Assembly: GCA_964035545.1 (NCBI GenBank) | Contig: OZ037767.1 | Coordinates: 8,256,581-8,320,580 of the forward strand | Direction of reading: 5' to 3' | DNA length: 64,000 bases | Source: Bugula neritina | Lineage: Eukaryota; Animalia; Bryozoa | In this document: in pieces, positions 49,882-62,905 of the stretch | Position numbering within the stretch: position 1 is the stretch's first letter | How the letters are laid out: each line of letters begins with the position of its first letter | Position numbers and translations under genes: made by a program | Notes under the pieces: model-generated | Seen by the model: only the letters and a program-made list of their open reading frames with translations | Databases searched by the model: none | What the model was told of the DNA's origin: nothing

Positions 49882-51868
49882 AAGAAGATCCAACTTGCAA
49901 ACAGTTTCAATTAGCTGGTCCTGCAAATTAAACATCTTGGTGCAAAGCTTTCTCCAATACCAAAAATAATTACTGTACTACCAGGAAAGAACTCCTGGCA
50001 GTAATCAAAGGAGTCAAACACTTTTGGCCCTATCTGTATGGGAAGATGTTTTGGCTATGGACGGATCATGATTTATTGATATGGCTGTGTAAGAGAGCTA
50101 AGCCCTCTAGTCAGGTTGCACGATGGCTCAAAGTCTTGGCCGAGTGCTCCTACCAAATAGAAGAGGCATGTGAATGCAAACGGGCTAAGCTGGCGTCCTG
50201 AAGAATGGTGCAAACAGTGGCAGAATATTGAGTAGAAAGATGGGGCCCCTACGCTCCAGCATTGAGGCACAGTTTTTGATCGCCGGGCAGTTACGACTGG
50301 CTTTCCTATGGGTATCGTAAACGCTCTCTGAGCTAACACAGTCGTGGCTAAAATGTCCGCAAATTACACAAATCCCAAGAGACACTACCTGGTGTGGTGG
50401 CCGACATATACAAAGCGGAGAAATATGGGAGGCTACCGAGCGAGGAAGAGCAGTGGCAGAAGTGCACTAAATTTCAGCTATTTTTTCTCTACTGGGACTC
50501 ACTCTGAGTTGATATGGTGCACTCACAGGTAGGCTCATGCAAGAGTGTAAGGAGTAGTCAAAAAGTTACAACTTCAGTGGTACTGGCCAGGTATGGGGCG
50601 TGATGGGTGGCTCAAGGTGAGACAATGCAAAATCTGCCAGGACAGCAAACATAGCCGCCCCTGGAAGCAATGGGACAGAAATGGCTGTACACTGGGAGGC
50701 CTTTGCAGCTGGTACCTGTCGACTTAGTAGGCCCATGTCTTAGTTTCTCAGAGGGAACAACGGAATACTGGTGCTCAAGGATTATTAAGTATGCTGACGC
50801 CTTGGCTATCCCAAACACATCGGCTCCTACAGTGGCCCAGGCCCTGAACCAGCAAATGTTCTGTTACTTCGGCTTGACGGAGCAGATACAGACGGTGCCC
50901 AATTCCAGTATCAGCTTTTGAGTGACCTCTGTCGACTCTGGGAGATGACAGAGCAGTACCACCCCGTATCACCCACAAGGCAATAGAGTTGTTAAATGTG
51001 ACAACTGCGTACTGGGTGAAGCTTTCCAGAGTCTGCTCTTCGGCCAAAGTCAGAAAAAAAGAAATGCACTGCTGCGGCAGAATATGTGCGCATACCTCAG
51101 GACGCCTCACTTCAGCACTTCTAAAGCTCTCAACTTTCTGATGCTAGATCGAAAGACCTGAGTACCAGACCACTTGACCTATTATGTTCTGACCCCAGAA
51201 AGCTCAGTCTACAAGTGTGCGGGAGAGCTGATAGAGTGCATAAGAGTCGCACATGAAATCTTCAATAGAAGCAATAGCAGGTGCATAGCGAAGACTCCAA
51301 GGAGCCTCTACTCTGCCAGGTGAGGGCCTGTGTCTGAATTACCAGTCACCGTAAGTGCCGCAGACAGTTGGCTAAGTGACAGCCCAAGTTTGAGGGCCCC
51401 TACTGTGTGACTGAAGCGCCACCCAATCATACGTACAAGATAGAATGTGATAAAAAGGTCTCAATCAAAATTGAGGCTTGCTTGAAATTGCATTAAGCTA
51501 GTCAAGATACAGTGGGTTAAGCACCCAATTTACTAGAGTCTAGGAGGTAGCCAGCAGATATCGGCAAGTAAGGCAGGGCTCCAAGTACAAAATAGTTGCA
51601 CCGAAGCCGTATTGCAGAGTCAGAGAACCCGGACCTCCTCCACCGGCTGCAGAGAAACTGGTTCCCACTGACCAGATTTTCACACGACCATCACCTGAGC
51701 CATTACTCTCAGCAAACACGCTGACCAGCCTAGCTTTTTACATGCAACATTTCTCAGAACATGACGCTCGCAGTCAGTTGATAATTTACTTGCTTCCAAT
51801 TTTTCAAGCATGGCGTCAAGTGCTACTATTGAGGGTAGGTGACCTATAGAACAAGTATTCCTTCTAAT

Positions 51869-53294
51869 ATGGAAACTGATTTAGTTTTGGTACAGTCTGA
51901 CTTGATCAATCAGATTGAGTTGGATTTAGCCTAGGGCCACACGGCGCGTATTTTCGCATGCGAAAATTGAAATCACAAGTAGCAAAGGTGTCCACTGTAG
52001 CATCAGTGATGCATGATAAATAAAGCGTCCATTTTTAAATCGCACTCGCTTTCAATAAAACGCAATTTACTGGAATGTAGCACTAAAATAAAAAAATTGG
52101 GCTCGCTGAATAACTACCAGCCAATTATGTGACGACGACAGAAACGATTCGCACTTGCGTTGAAAATGCAGAGCGACAAGTGCGAACGTTTTCTCAACGC
52201 GCACAGTGGACACCTTTGCTACTTGTGATTTCAATTTTCGCATGCGAAAATACGCACCGTGTGGCCCTAGGCTTACTGGGCACTACGACAGTCGTTGATG
52301 ACAATGAGGATTTTGATATGACGGACGATCTTCTAGATTGAGATCTTGAGTCAATAACTTTCAGTCGGCCTGGGCAGCTGCCAATATTCCCTTCAGTACC
52401 ATACAAAGGGGTAGGTGATTTTCAGACAGACAAAGGTCTGGAATCACAAAAATTAAATGCTAAAGATCCTAGTATGAGATTTATTTCTAATTCTACTCTT
52501 GTAGATGTTACTTGGCTTACCACGACATGTGCTCCTCTCTCTCCAGAGATTGAATAGAATGATTATCTAAGCTCTCAGGTCCCACCTCCGATCTTCAAAG
52601 ATGACAGCTCCGACTGTCCACTAAGACTAGTGTCAATCAAACCACTCCTCCAGTTTGACTGAATTTAATCAGCTACTCACATTCAAATTAGTGATATGCT
52701 AAGTGAATCTGACAATGGGGTATGTGACCTGTGTCGGCAGGAGTTTACAACAAATAAAAAGCTAGCTCAAGGTCTAGGTCCCACAGCACTTCATAACAGC
52801 TTTCAGCCCCTGTAGAGAATTTAGCTATAACAAAGACTGTTCTATGGCACCAAAGAACCATGAAGTGCAACATTGGGCACTTTTTTCAGGTGGATGCCCC
52901 CTCCCTTCCCAAATTCTTCAACATCATCCACCATGTGATGCAAGATAGAAGCTAACTTGCTCGACTCCTCATAGGCTTCCCTCTCTTCGCCTGACATTGG
53001 CTGCACAAGTCTGAAGACCGGACACCCGTCTCTACAAGCTGTCATCAGTCGTGTGGATGCCGACAGTGACGTGGTTCGTTTCACATCTAACCAGTCTTTT
53101 CCAAGATCAAGTAACAAAAAGATGCTATTAGGTCTCTTCCTTTCCAGCCCCTGGAGCAGCATGTCTGGAAGCTGGAACATTCACTAAATCAAATCACACC
53201 ACAGCTACTAGCAGCCACTAGTGAGCTCTTCGGTCTTGAAGATGCCCTGATGCGGCAAAAAAGGAAAGGCCAGCAGTTCAAGTAAATCCAGTGA
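51869..53294 (+). pseudogene. Element F ORF3 remnant
   Basis: METDLVLVQSDLINQIE..DDNEDFDMTDDLLD; CDLCRQEF..VPQHF..PC..HQRTMKCNIGH at ~52720-52890. Confidence 0.75.
51929..52272. mobile_element. PIF/Harbinger-like MITE
   Basis: ~70-bp TIR starting GCCTAGGGCCACACGG, 3-bp TSD TTA; removal restores the ORF3 frame. Confidence 0.88.
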
Positions 53295-53380
53295 TAACAA
53301 TGTTTTATTTTTCTCAGTCAAAGTAGTTAGCCTCTTTACTTCATTTTCTGTGTGATAAAAGTGTTGTTTAGAATCCCTAT

Positions 53381-53670
53381 GCTCCTGTAGCATAACTGGT
53401 TAGCGTGCCTGCTTGCAAGCCGGAGGTCTGTGGTTCAAATCCCTGTGGGGGCAATTATTTTACAAGCGATTTTGGCGTTGTCTTGTCGAAGTACTCTCAA
53501 GGAGTTGAGTGGTGAGTGAAGCCTATAATTCACAGAGTCCTTGGGGGCCAGTGCAGTTCTGGAGAGAACCAGGTGGGATGCTGCTTAGAATTTTGATGCC
53601 TGTGTAGCATAATTAATTAGCATGCCTGCTTGCAAGCAGGAGGTTTGTGGTTCGAATCCCAGTGGGGCAA
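53381..53670 (+). repeat. Two tRNA-derived (SINE-head-like) units, 53381-53452 and 53598-53670
   Basis: A box TAGCATAACTGG and B box GGTTC(A/G)AATCCC; imperfect cloverleaf. Confidence 0.7.
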
Positions 53671-56251
53671 TTGTTTTGCAAAAATAGTTTTTTTTACTTT
53701 CGCTCTTGTATACTGGATGCATATGATGTTCTAATTTATTCCATTGTACCTTCTGGGGTCTGTGTTAATCAAAATCTTAAAGAAAGCTTTATATTATGGT
53801 TGGTGTGCAGCCACGTAGCTTGAAATTTTCTTATAAATTAATAGCCTACTATATTTTTTTGTCTATGTTCTGGTACCTTTTGAGTACATTGTATAAGAAA
53901 GCTATACTTTCTCATGGTGGAGGTGTGATGGCTGTAGAACATGTCGTGCTACCCCCTCCTCTATGTCATACTTTGAACCTCATCTATACATTATCCTTTA
54001 GTCAGATTGTATTATGAACAAATTGTAATAACTAATATGGCATTTCTTCGTGCCTGAGTGCGGCAGTCTGTAGATGCCGCACGTTTCACAGCCAGCCGCG
54101 GCCCGTAACCGAAACCCGTGGGGGTCAATCAACATCAAGCTCGCCTTTATAAGCAGCTTATTTTCAGTGACACTTGCCTGGTGAGACTACTAATGTGATT
54201 ACTAGTATATAGCTTTTACTAATTTTATTGGCTTATCTCGATGTAAATGTAATTGTAAAGTATTGTAAATATAGTTCTTTTTTCAATTACAATTACAATT
54301 CCAGTTCTCACTCTTAAATGCACACAGAGTATGTTCTAGCTTTGCAACACTAGCATAACTCACAATTTAGTGGCTTGCTGCATAAAGCAACAACAGTATC
54401 ACTATTTCTATTTGCATTTAATTTACTAGTCTTACATTTATAGCAAAAGTAATATGTATTTTGTTTAAAATAATTATTGCAAGCATTATTGTAATGTTAT
54501 ATTTTTCTATGTTTGATGTAAGTCTGTGTATAGTCCAATTAGCACATGACAGATAGTTACATTAGTCAGAAAGCTAATACAATGGTTACATGAGTGTTTA
54601 CTGTCAGCCTATTTGGTGTGTACTGACGCGGGCAAATCTCTTGCCTCATGATTACAGGTTAGTCTTCATTTTGATTGGAGGATTTGGGGAACAGTCACAT
54701 CACTAGCCACGTAGTTGCCATAAGACAGACAGGCAATTTAGGAACGTTATGATTAGTAGCTATTCGCAATATAACTATATATATATATATATTAACACAG
54801 AGAGGGAAACCGAGTTCCCCCCTCAAAGGTCCATGAGCCACTATAGTAATTATTTCAAAACTTAAACATTATAGCTTTGTATTTGCATGACCGAGTGAGT
54901 TTTAAAGCTTTTTTAGCTTGAAATGTATTGAAAATGCTTCTACCAACCATACCAATAAACAAAACTACAAAATAACCAAAGTGGAAACATTTTCTTTTTA
55001 TACATAGCTTATATAAACTTGAGGCACAGAAAGCAGCCTAATGATGTCTCGATGGTGAAGGTCAAAATCGCCATTAACGTCACTTTAAACTTTAACCTTC
55101 TGACCATTACTAGCAGCTAATTAAAATATTAATTTTATTATTATAATAATAATTTCACATATTATGTGAGATTATGCATTGAGTGTATTTAGTACTAGCA
55201 GCCAATTATGCACTAGCAACTACTAATAATATGTGATCACAAACTCCGCAAGGAATGATAATATATCTGGTCAGAATCCAACAAAATTTTGAACAGATTT
55301 TGATTTTTATATGAATAGCTAAAAAATATTTTCACTCATTTGTGTGCATGTACTTATCTTTAGAAAAAGTGAACATATTTCCTATGAAAATTGCAGCTAA
55401 AAATTATTTATGCATTTTACAGTATCGATTTGTTGAATTAATATGTTTGTTACTTTATTAAAGGTTGGTGTAATGGTTAGCCGAATTGGGAACCTCTCTG
55501 TCCCCTACTAAACATAGATTATAGTTTATGGGCAGTCATAATGTTTCTGTAATAAAATGTCGCTATTGGCTAACGCAAATGACAAGATAAAATGTACAAA
55601 ACGGCATTCTTGGGTTCAACACTAGATCTGCTAACTAGACTTGCCAGGTAATTAAAGCATCTTCTTACAGTTTCCACCTTAGTCATCCCGTTACTCATGC
55701 AGCAGGCAATGTGGGCTGATGAATAACACAATATAATACCTGCCAAATAACACTGACAATAACAGTGGAGAGGTCAACTAATCAGGGCCGACCCCACACT
55801 TATAAACAACACCTTCTGCGCCCACAGGCAGAGAGAAAACTATGCTAGTAACTAATCAGTAACTAATGTAACGTTTAACTCTTAATCATTTTATCGACTG
55901 ATGTACATTCTTTTCTGCTTATTTCTTTTTTCTTACATATATTTTCTCACATTCCTGATCACTCATTCGGTCTATTACATAACCTCAATACGTGATGCAG
56001 TAATTGGTAACATACAAGCATACCCACAAATAGTAGTTCTGAAAACTATAACACTGGTACTCAAATGTGTTGAGAGAAATATGGTTTTTAATTAAGTTAG
56101 ATAGAGCACATCTATAAATTAATAAATATCCTAAGTATGAGTATGCGTTGACCATTTTGACCATACCTCTGGCTTTAATAAATAATATGTTTTATGCGAA
56201 AAAGCAAAAACAAAAAATCAGATTATCATTTAATAAATTTTATTTAAATAC

Positions 56252-56333
56252 CTTCTCTGTTGTATGTGTTTTCAACAGCTAATCCATGTCCAATACAGAT
56301 CATAAAAACAGCAAGGTTAATTTTTTTCAACAT
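56252..56333 (-). CDS. Host gene coding exon 1 (signal peptide MLKKINLAVFMICIGHGLAVENTYNRE) of a secreted/cell-surface EGF-like protein
   Basis: ATG at 56333, basic N-terminus plus hydrophobic stretch; GAAG|GTATTT phase-1 donor matches the phase of the exon at 18782. Probable 5'UTR intron 56349-56439 (CAG|GTAAAT...TTTTCTTGTAG). Linkage across 37 kb is inferred and intervening exons may have been missed. Confidence 0.65.
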
Positions 56334-56659
56334 TGCTGCCTTAACTGCCTACAAGAAAAAAGCATCAAGAATTATTGTTAAAACTCGATTAAGCAGCTAT
56401 CGCTTTAACAATCATTTACTGTGAGGATCAGCTATTTACCTGCTTGAAGAATGCTATAATACGTAATATTTTTGAAAATAGTTTTAGCAGTGTAGAAAAA
56501 AAGTGAAACTCAACTTCTTAGTCGCAATTTTCAAGTTTAAATTTTTGGCGTTGTGCTAGCCTAAACTCATGACACAACGCTAGCAATGTTTTAATTGTCT
56601 TGAATCCCTCATACTTTCAAAACCAACCTCTGCTTGATCTAGGAATTTTCTGTTGATAG

Positions 56660-57134
56660 TGTTATATCTGGATTTACAAGTATTATAAATATGTGTAGTT
56701 GTCATCTCTTGTTGTTGCATGTGTGTGGGGTGCACAACTCTAAGTTTGACATTAATATTACTTATAGCGTGGGTGTGGCTTGTGTGAGTGTTATAGCTAT
56801 ATAACCTAGTGCAAATGGGAGAATGGGGGGACTTGAGACTGGTTGAAGAACGATTGAGAATATTTATATAGAATGTATGCAACATAATTAGAATGCGTTA
56901 GAGTAAGTTTGTGAGTGCTAGCTCAGGACCATAGACCGAGGAGCACCACCAGCCAACTACTCTAACCCGGAGTCTCAACTTCACCCCTACCAGACGGACA
57001 GGAGCTGGAGTTACCTCGCAGCCAAGCTATTAACCCGCAACTGCACACTGACCCCGAGCTCACCCCAAGGCCATATCATATATATTATTCGGTGAGTTTA
57101 CAATACTCAAAAATCAGTAAAACCCACCATAACA
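56660..57134 (+). repeat. Element G 5' LTR
   Basis: Direct repeat of 61727-62201. Confidence 0.96.
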
Positions 57135-57462
57135 TTTGGTGGAGGTGCCATTCGCTCTCGTGCACCGCTCCAGTTTCTCAGTCTATCTGTGTGTTTTATT
57201 AGTTGAGACTGCCATAGAAGTCCCGTACAGTTAGTTTTTTTTCCAATTTGTTTTTTTTCATGTGGCTTGTTTTTATCTTACTGTTGATTTGTGCACAAAT
57301 TGACACGGGGACGTGTCTGCTTTAAATATGGGGTGGAAGTATTATGTTATATATTGTGCAAACAAAAACAATTAATTAGTAAATTACCCAGAGGCTTATA
57401 ATATATAAACAAATTTAATACCTAATTATATAAATAGCCTATATATAACTTTGTGTCACACA

Positions 57463-58779
57463 ATGGCCACATGTAGTGACTGGTGCCACTTATTTAGATG
57501 CCCCAAAAGTTGGGCTTTTGTTCATCAATTTGGTGACATATCTGACAATTGGTATCGAACCAAAGCTGATTTTAGCTATCGAGCAAAAGCTCTTAACCTC
57601 ACAGATGAGCAAAGTGTTAAATTCTTAGGCCTTTGTCTCTACGGTAATGCGAAGAAGAGCTACAATAATTTGTTGCGAGCCACCAATTTCCAAATCTCAT
57701 TTGACACCCTGATTAATGTTCTTGACAAAAAGTTTAATAAGAACCACTCTACAAAGATGAAAAAATTCTTAGACCTCCATATTAGGGCCCATGAGTCTAC
57801 AGAAGACTTTTTATGTAGAGTTATCGATGAGGGCAATAATCTATATATGCTAGATAGTGGCTCAAAACTTACTATTATAGGTGAGACTTTTGCTACTGGT
57901 GTAGGTAACCGCGAGCTAAGTTACATTTTGCTGCCACAACTGGCTGGTAGGTTTAAAAATCCACCAACCATAGAGGAGTTGTTCACACTCTGCTATAAGC
58001 ACAGTGTGGACAGTCCGAGTAGGAAACCTACCAAATGCCATATCTGCGCCAGTATTATTACTAAAGTAGGTTCAGAGTGCAGACCGGCAGATGAAGAATC
58101 AAACACCCAGACCCCCGAGTCTAGATTCGCCACCCCACAACCTGCCGGAAGCACCCAGCACTGCAACCCAGCATCGGAAATACCTGCAACCTCAGACGGT
58201 ACCACTGAGGCAGAAGGTATGAACCCCAGCTGTCCATCGGCATCGCCATGTTCAGCTACTGGAGAGCAAGTCCGACCTACTAGCAAAGTCTCACCAGAAG
58301 AGAAGATAGCTGCAAGCCTTCATCAGGATGTAATGACTGCCACACCCAGCCTTCACTCAAGCCCAAAAGCCTCTGATAAGGTATTTAATGTGTGCAGTCA
58401 CCCTGTGACAGCAGCCATATATCTTCTTATATACATGCTTTTCTCTACTCTACAACACCTGGTGTACACCATCACAAGCATTTATTTTGGCGTCACTTTT
58501 ATCTTCAAACTGGGTAAAGACATCTACTCAAGTGGCAGGGTTAAATGTCAAACCCAGGGGCATAACGGTGTGCTAATACTCGGAAATTATAAAATAATTT
58601 TTCCTAAGTTGAGTAAGCCAAAATTTGGCCCACACACCAAATACATTTATAGGTTAGCCAACAAGCTTTTGAGATACTTCTCAAAAGCTATTGTCAGACT
58701 TGACCCTCTCCCCCCTGGCAGTCTGCACAATAACAATATTCTAGCCAAATATAAGCCCTCAGTACCTAGTATGATCTAG
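57463..58779 (+). CDS. gag: Gag-like protein with a capsid-like N-half, degenerate knuckle, S/P/T-rich linker and hydrophobic TM-like segment
   Basis: Intact 438-aa ORF; LCLYGNAKKSY..FDTLINVLDKKF..ESTEDFLCRV matches the retrotransposon capsid pattern. Confidence 0.75.
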   Translation: MATCSDWCHLFRCPKSWAFVHQFGDISDNWYRTKADFSYRAKALNLTDEQSVKFLGLCLYGNAKKSYNNLLRATNFQISFDTLINVLDKKFNKNHSTKMKKFLDLHIRAHESTEDFLCRVIDEGNNLYMLDSGSKLTIIGETFATGVGNRELSYILLPQLAGRFKNPPTIEELFTLCYKHSVDSPSRKPTKCHICASIITKVGSECRPADEESNTQTPESRFATPQPAGSTQHCNPASEIPATSDGTTEAEGMNPSCPSASPCSATGEQVRPTSKVSPEEKIAASLHQDVMTATPSLHSSPKASDKVFNVCSHPVTAAIYLLIYMLFSTLQHLVYTITSIYFGVTFIFKLGKDIYSSGRVKCQTQGHNGVLILGNYKIIFPKLSKPKFGPHTKYIYRLANKLLRYFSKAIVRLDPLPPGSLHNNNILAKYKPSVPSMI

Positions 58780-61726
58780 ATAATTATTTATATGATTCAA
58801 TTATTAGCCCATTATGTAGCCAGCCTAAGAGTCCTATAGATCTCCATATTAGTTCTCATAGTCCCAGCCCATCCGGCTGTTGGACATGTACAGGCCACTA
58901 ATGCCCAACCCGATATACTATTTACTCCGTAGTCCCAGCCTATCAAGCTGTTGGACGCTTACAGACCATCATTCAATGTATGTGCACATATACTAACAAT
59001 TTTAGGAAATTACAGGGCTCGTCCAGAATGACGTTAAGCTTCAATCGAAAAACTAGGGCTACACAGTATACTGTCATAATACATAGGCTACTTCAACAAA
59101 TAGGCTACATACGATATTTATATAAAGCGCTTTTAAACACAAACTGTCCCGAACAACAAACGAATCAAAAAACAATTGTATAATTTATATCGCCATGATG
59201 ACACGTCAGTAGGGCAACACGTACGTAGAATCACTACAGAAAATGGGACACCGACACAGATCGAATATATAAAATTTCATAATGGTATACCGACAGCATG
59301 CATAAATTCGTACGGAAATACAACAAATTTACAGGCCTTGCAAAAAACAAAAATTACTACTGGACGTCCATAGAGCTCTATACTTTGACATTGACTAGAC
59401 TAAATTTCATAGACGTATGAAATAGACTGAGTGCACATTACTCTGGTGCATTTTGCTATCCTGCATGCTAGCTAATTAATACTAACCACTTTCTATATGT
59501 TGGTGATGGGTATATGTATATAATTTTATGTTGTGAATTTTCTATTAATGAAGCGCTGCTGCTGCTGCCTGGTCACGACACACATTTAAGCACAACTTGT
59601 GCTGGCGCCTCATGTATGACAGTATATGACTTCATTTAGTATGATGCGACAGTAATCCAGTATGAGCGTACTTATTTGAAAACGTAAATAAAAATAGCTA
59701 TAAAAATATTATACTGTAGTTATGTGTACCAAACTCACATAAGAGTTACCAGGGATCAATGTTGTTTGCAATTACTTCTTCAAAAGGAAAATAAAATATA
59801 AGCTCTATTATTAGTAGGATACATGTGGAGACAAGTACGGTGGGGGCTGGCATTGCTACATGTGACTGCAGCGCATGGGGCGTGTTAGCTGCTACCCGTA
59901 CAGCCTCATTCACTCCCATGTATTGTCTCGATTATGGCCCCAGTTAGCTCTAATTAAACTCCTCTATACCTAAGTGCAATACTATTTAGTCAAATTACTA
60001 ATCGAATTAATATATAATACGTCTTATCGCCATATAAGATTTTCTCTTGAAGTAATCATCTATTAAGCTCATTACCAACCATGCGGGCCTATATACCTTG
60101 ACAAACTCAAGCTGGTAGTTAGTCATCGTCTGTGACTACTGCACCATACCATTATTACTCTCTAACTGATGTGTATTATCAATGAACTGGAAAAGTTCAA
60201 TACGTATGACAACCATAGTCTTGTGAATCTACAGGTTCATAGTGTTTATTAATTGATATCATCTTGCTGCTGGAGCAGTAATCAGAGGTTAATTTTCATT
60301 CTCTAGGAAAATGTTGACATAGTTGAGTTCTGAAGGTTGGAAGCAATTAGTGATAATCTAAGGGGAAGTAGTTTTGTTAATTAACCTGATAGCTGGCTCT
60401 AAGTGAATCAAACTAGACAGTTTAGGAAATAGTAGACCAAACATAAACTTTAATGAGCTGTAAGCCTTACCCAGCAAGACAGCTTGAAATTATTGCTTGA
60501 GATATTATATTACACAACTCTGTATGATGAAGGTGTTTCCATTCTCTTTTGGGTCCTGGATTTTACTTTGTAGACATTTCTATTATTGTGATAAAGATAC
60601 TCGGGCCTATTGCCTATATCAATTGTCATTCTCCCCATATTTATATACATCTTAGTTTGCAGCAGGCTCATGCAGCCATCATATTATATTAATTATGTTA
60701 GCCTTATCCTTATAAAGAAATATACTAGCCCCAGTAAATACACTTATCTACGTAGACCTCTAATCCTTAATCACATATTACATTGGTATAGACTGGTACC
60801 ACCATACTCCAATCTCCGTTCTAGCCTTTTCCTACGTCATATAATGTGCTTGATATGCCTTTAATTGCAAGTAGTGTAGAATAAAAGCTGATACATATAG
60901 GTACCCAAACAGCTTTACGTACTGCCTCCCTTACAAGAATAGTTGATTAAAGAATAGGTCATTAATCAAAATGGTTGGTCTGGCAACTTCTGTCAGATCA
61001 AAAGGTTATTATATTTAATGTGGAAGTAAGCTTATAATTAAATTGCATATATGTCTCATAATATCTCATTAATCTAGAATAATAGTAATTGATACTTTCC
61101 TTGAAGATAGGGCTACACAGCCACAACTCATTTACAAATACCCTGCATAATTTTTAATTTTAAGATTTAATTTATAATGCTTAGTTAACTATAAAATTCA
61201 GATTTAAGTCGTGCTAACTCATTTAGTTTAAAAAATAGAAATTGATGCAATCACTGCAAAAAAAAAAAAAAATAAATAAACGCTGACTGATGAAGCTACT
61301 TTCTACCTAGGTCTTGGCTTGTTCAAGTTTTATCGTTAAGATCTTGCATGCTACATGCACTAACATATTATGGTTATATTTACTGAATAAACGTTTTTAA
61401 TTTTTTCAAGTGTAGGTATAGTACAGACTAATATTTAATATACTAATTTCTTCCAATAGAACATAAAGTGATCCACAAAGTGATTAAAAAAAAAAAAAAT
61501 ATATATATAATATACATACATACATATACATACATACATATATGGCATACATGCATCTATAGCATTTTATCTGATAGGCTCTATTTTATAAAAAGTAACA
61601 AAAGGAAATTTGCAACTTTCAATAGACAGGAGTTGAACTTGTTCTTGCCGTGCTCTTCTCTTGTATGTTCTCTTGTTATGTTAAGTATTTACAGGTGGAA
61701 CTGTAAATTTTTATTGTGACGGAGAA

Positions 61727-62201
61727 TGTTATATCTGGATTTACAAGTATTATAAATATGTGTAGTTGTCATCTCTTGTTGTTGCATGTGTGTGGGGTGC
61801 ACAACTCTAAGTTTGACATTAATATTACTTATAGCGTGGGTGTGGCTTGTGTGAGTGTTATAGCTATATAACCTAGTGCAAATGGAAGAATGGGGGGACT
61901 TGAGACTGGTTGAAGAACGATTGAGAATATTTATATAGAATGTATGCAACATAATTAGAATGCGTTAGAGTAAGTTTGTGAGTGCTAGCTCAGGACCATA
62001 GACCGAGGAGCACCACCAGCCAACTACTCTAACCCGGAGTCTCAACTTCACCCCTACCAGACGGACAGGAGCTGGAGTTACCTCGCAGCCAAGCTATTAA
62101 CCCGCAACTGCACACTGACCCCGAGCTCACCCCAAGGCCATATCATATATATTATTCGGTGAGTTTACAATACTCAAAAATCAGTAAAACCCACCATAAC
62201 A
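61727..62201 (+). repeat. Element G 3' LTR
   Basis: Direct repeat of 56660-57134. Confidence 0.96.
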
Positions 62202-62905
62202 ATAGGCCTAGTGGAGTGACTGTAGATAACTCCAAAAATAAAAACAAGGAAAACTGTTATTCGTTTTGTTTAGCCAAAATGAAAATAAAGACAAGTTTGT
62301 TTAGTTGCAATATTATTCATAATATTTTTTAAAGATAGAAAATTTTAATAAATGATTTTTTTTTGTCACTCCAACGTTTCTATTTGTTTAAGATTAATTG
62401 CCGGATCACCTGTTTTGAAGTTTTTGTTTTTACGAAGAGTTTTGCTAAAAGTTTGTTAGTTTTGTGACTTTTTATTTCTGAGATATAGTTTCTTGTGTGT
62501 GTTTAAATGAAAATATATTATAATAATTACTTTACTCTAATAATTAAAAGCTCGACAAGTGAATTGCACCAGATAAATAAGTATTAAAAGTTGAAACATA
62601 ATTAAAGATAAGTGACTTTTCAATAGGATAGAATCTTCCGCTCTTATGACAACAAACATTTACTTATAAATAACCATACTATTATTTGTTTTCTCTTTGT
62701 ACAAATACTTTATTATGTTACCTACAATACTTTTCCTGTTTATCATATGAGAGTTATAAAATAGTGAGTGAATCGAATACAAGGAAGAATAAACTAGCAT
62801 GAACGCAACTACTTAGTTAAACAGCACCACTTTGTAACAACGTGGGGCTCACACATCAGGGTCCTTATATACCTGTGAAGCTGTTGTAAGGTGCTAATGA
62901 TCAGG

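Larger units (their letters stand above)
48860..54395 (+). mobile_element. Decayed 5'-truncated Gypsy element F (PR, RH, IN remnants, ORF3, probable 3' LTR 53924-54395)
   Basis: NYCTTRKELL, VDLVGP and FCYFGL remnants; PPT GGTGGAGG then TGTG...AACA followed by GTAT. Confidence 0.8.
56660..62201 (+). mobile_element. Young non-autonomous gag-only LTR element G
   Basis: 475-bp LTRs (1 difference seen), TSD ATAG, PBS TGGTGGAGGTGCC (tRNA-Ala-like) 57137-57149, no pol ORF. Confidence 0.95.

Noticed and set aside
53381-53452. Functional tRNA gene
   Set aside because: Anticodon arm and T-stem are imperfect; treated as a tRNA-derived repeat.
54793-55510. Possible DNA element bounded by ACAGAGAGG inverted motifs
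   Set aside because: Inverted match is only ~9 bp and no TSD could be defined.
56580-56885. Duplicated ORF (also 61689-61952)
   Set aside because: Lies within the two LTRs of G; no coding evidence.
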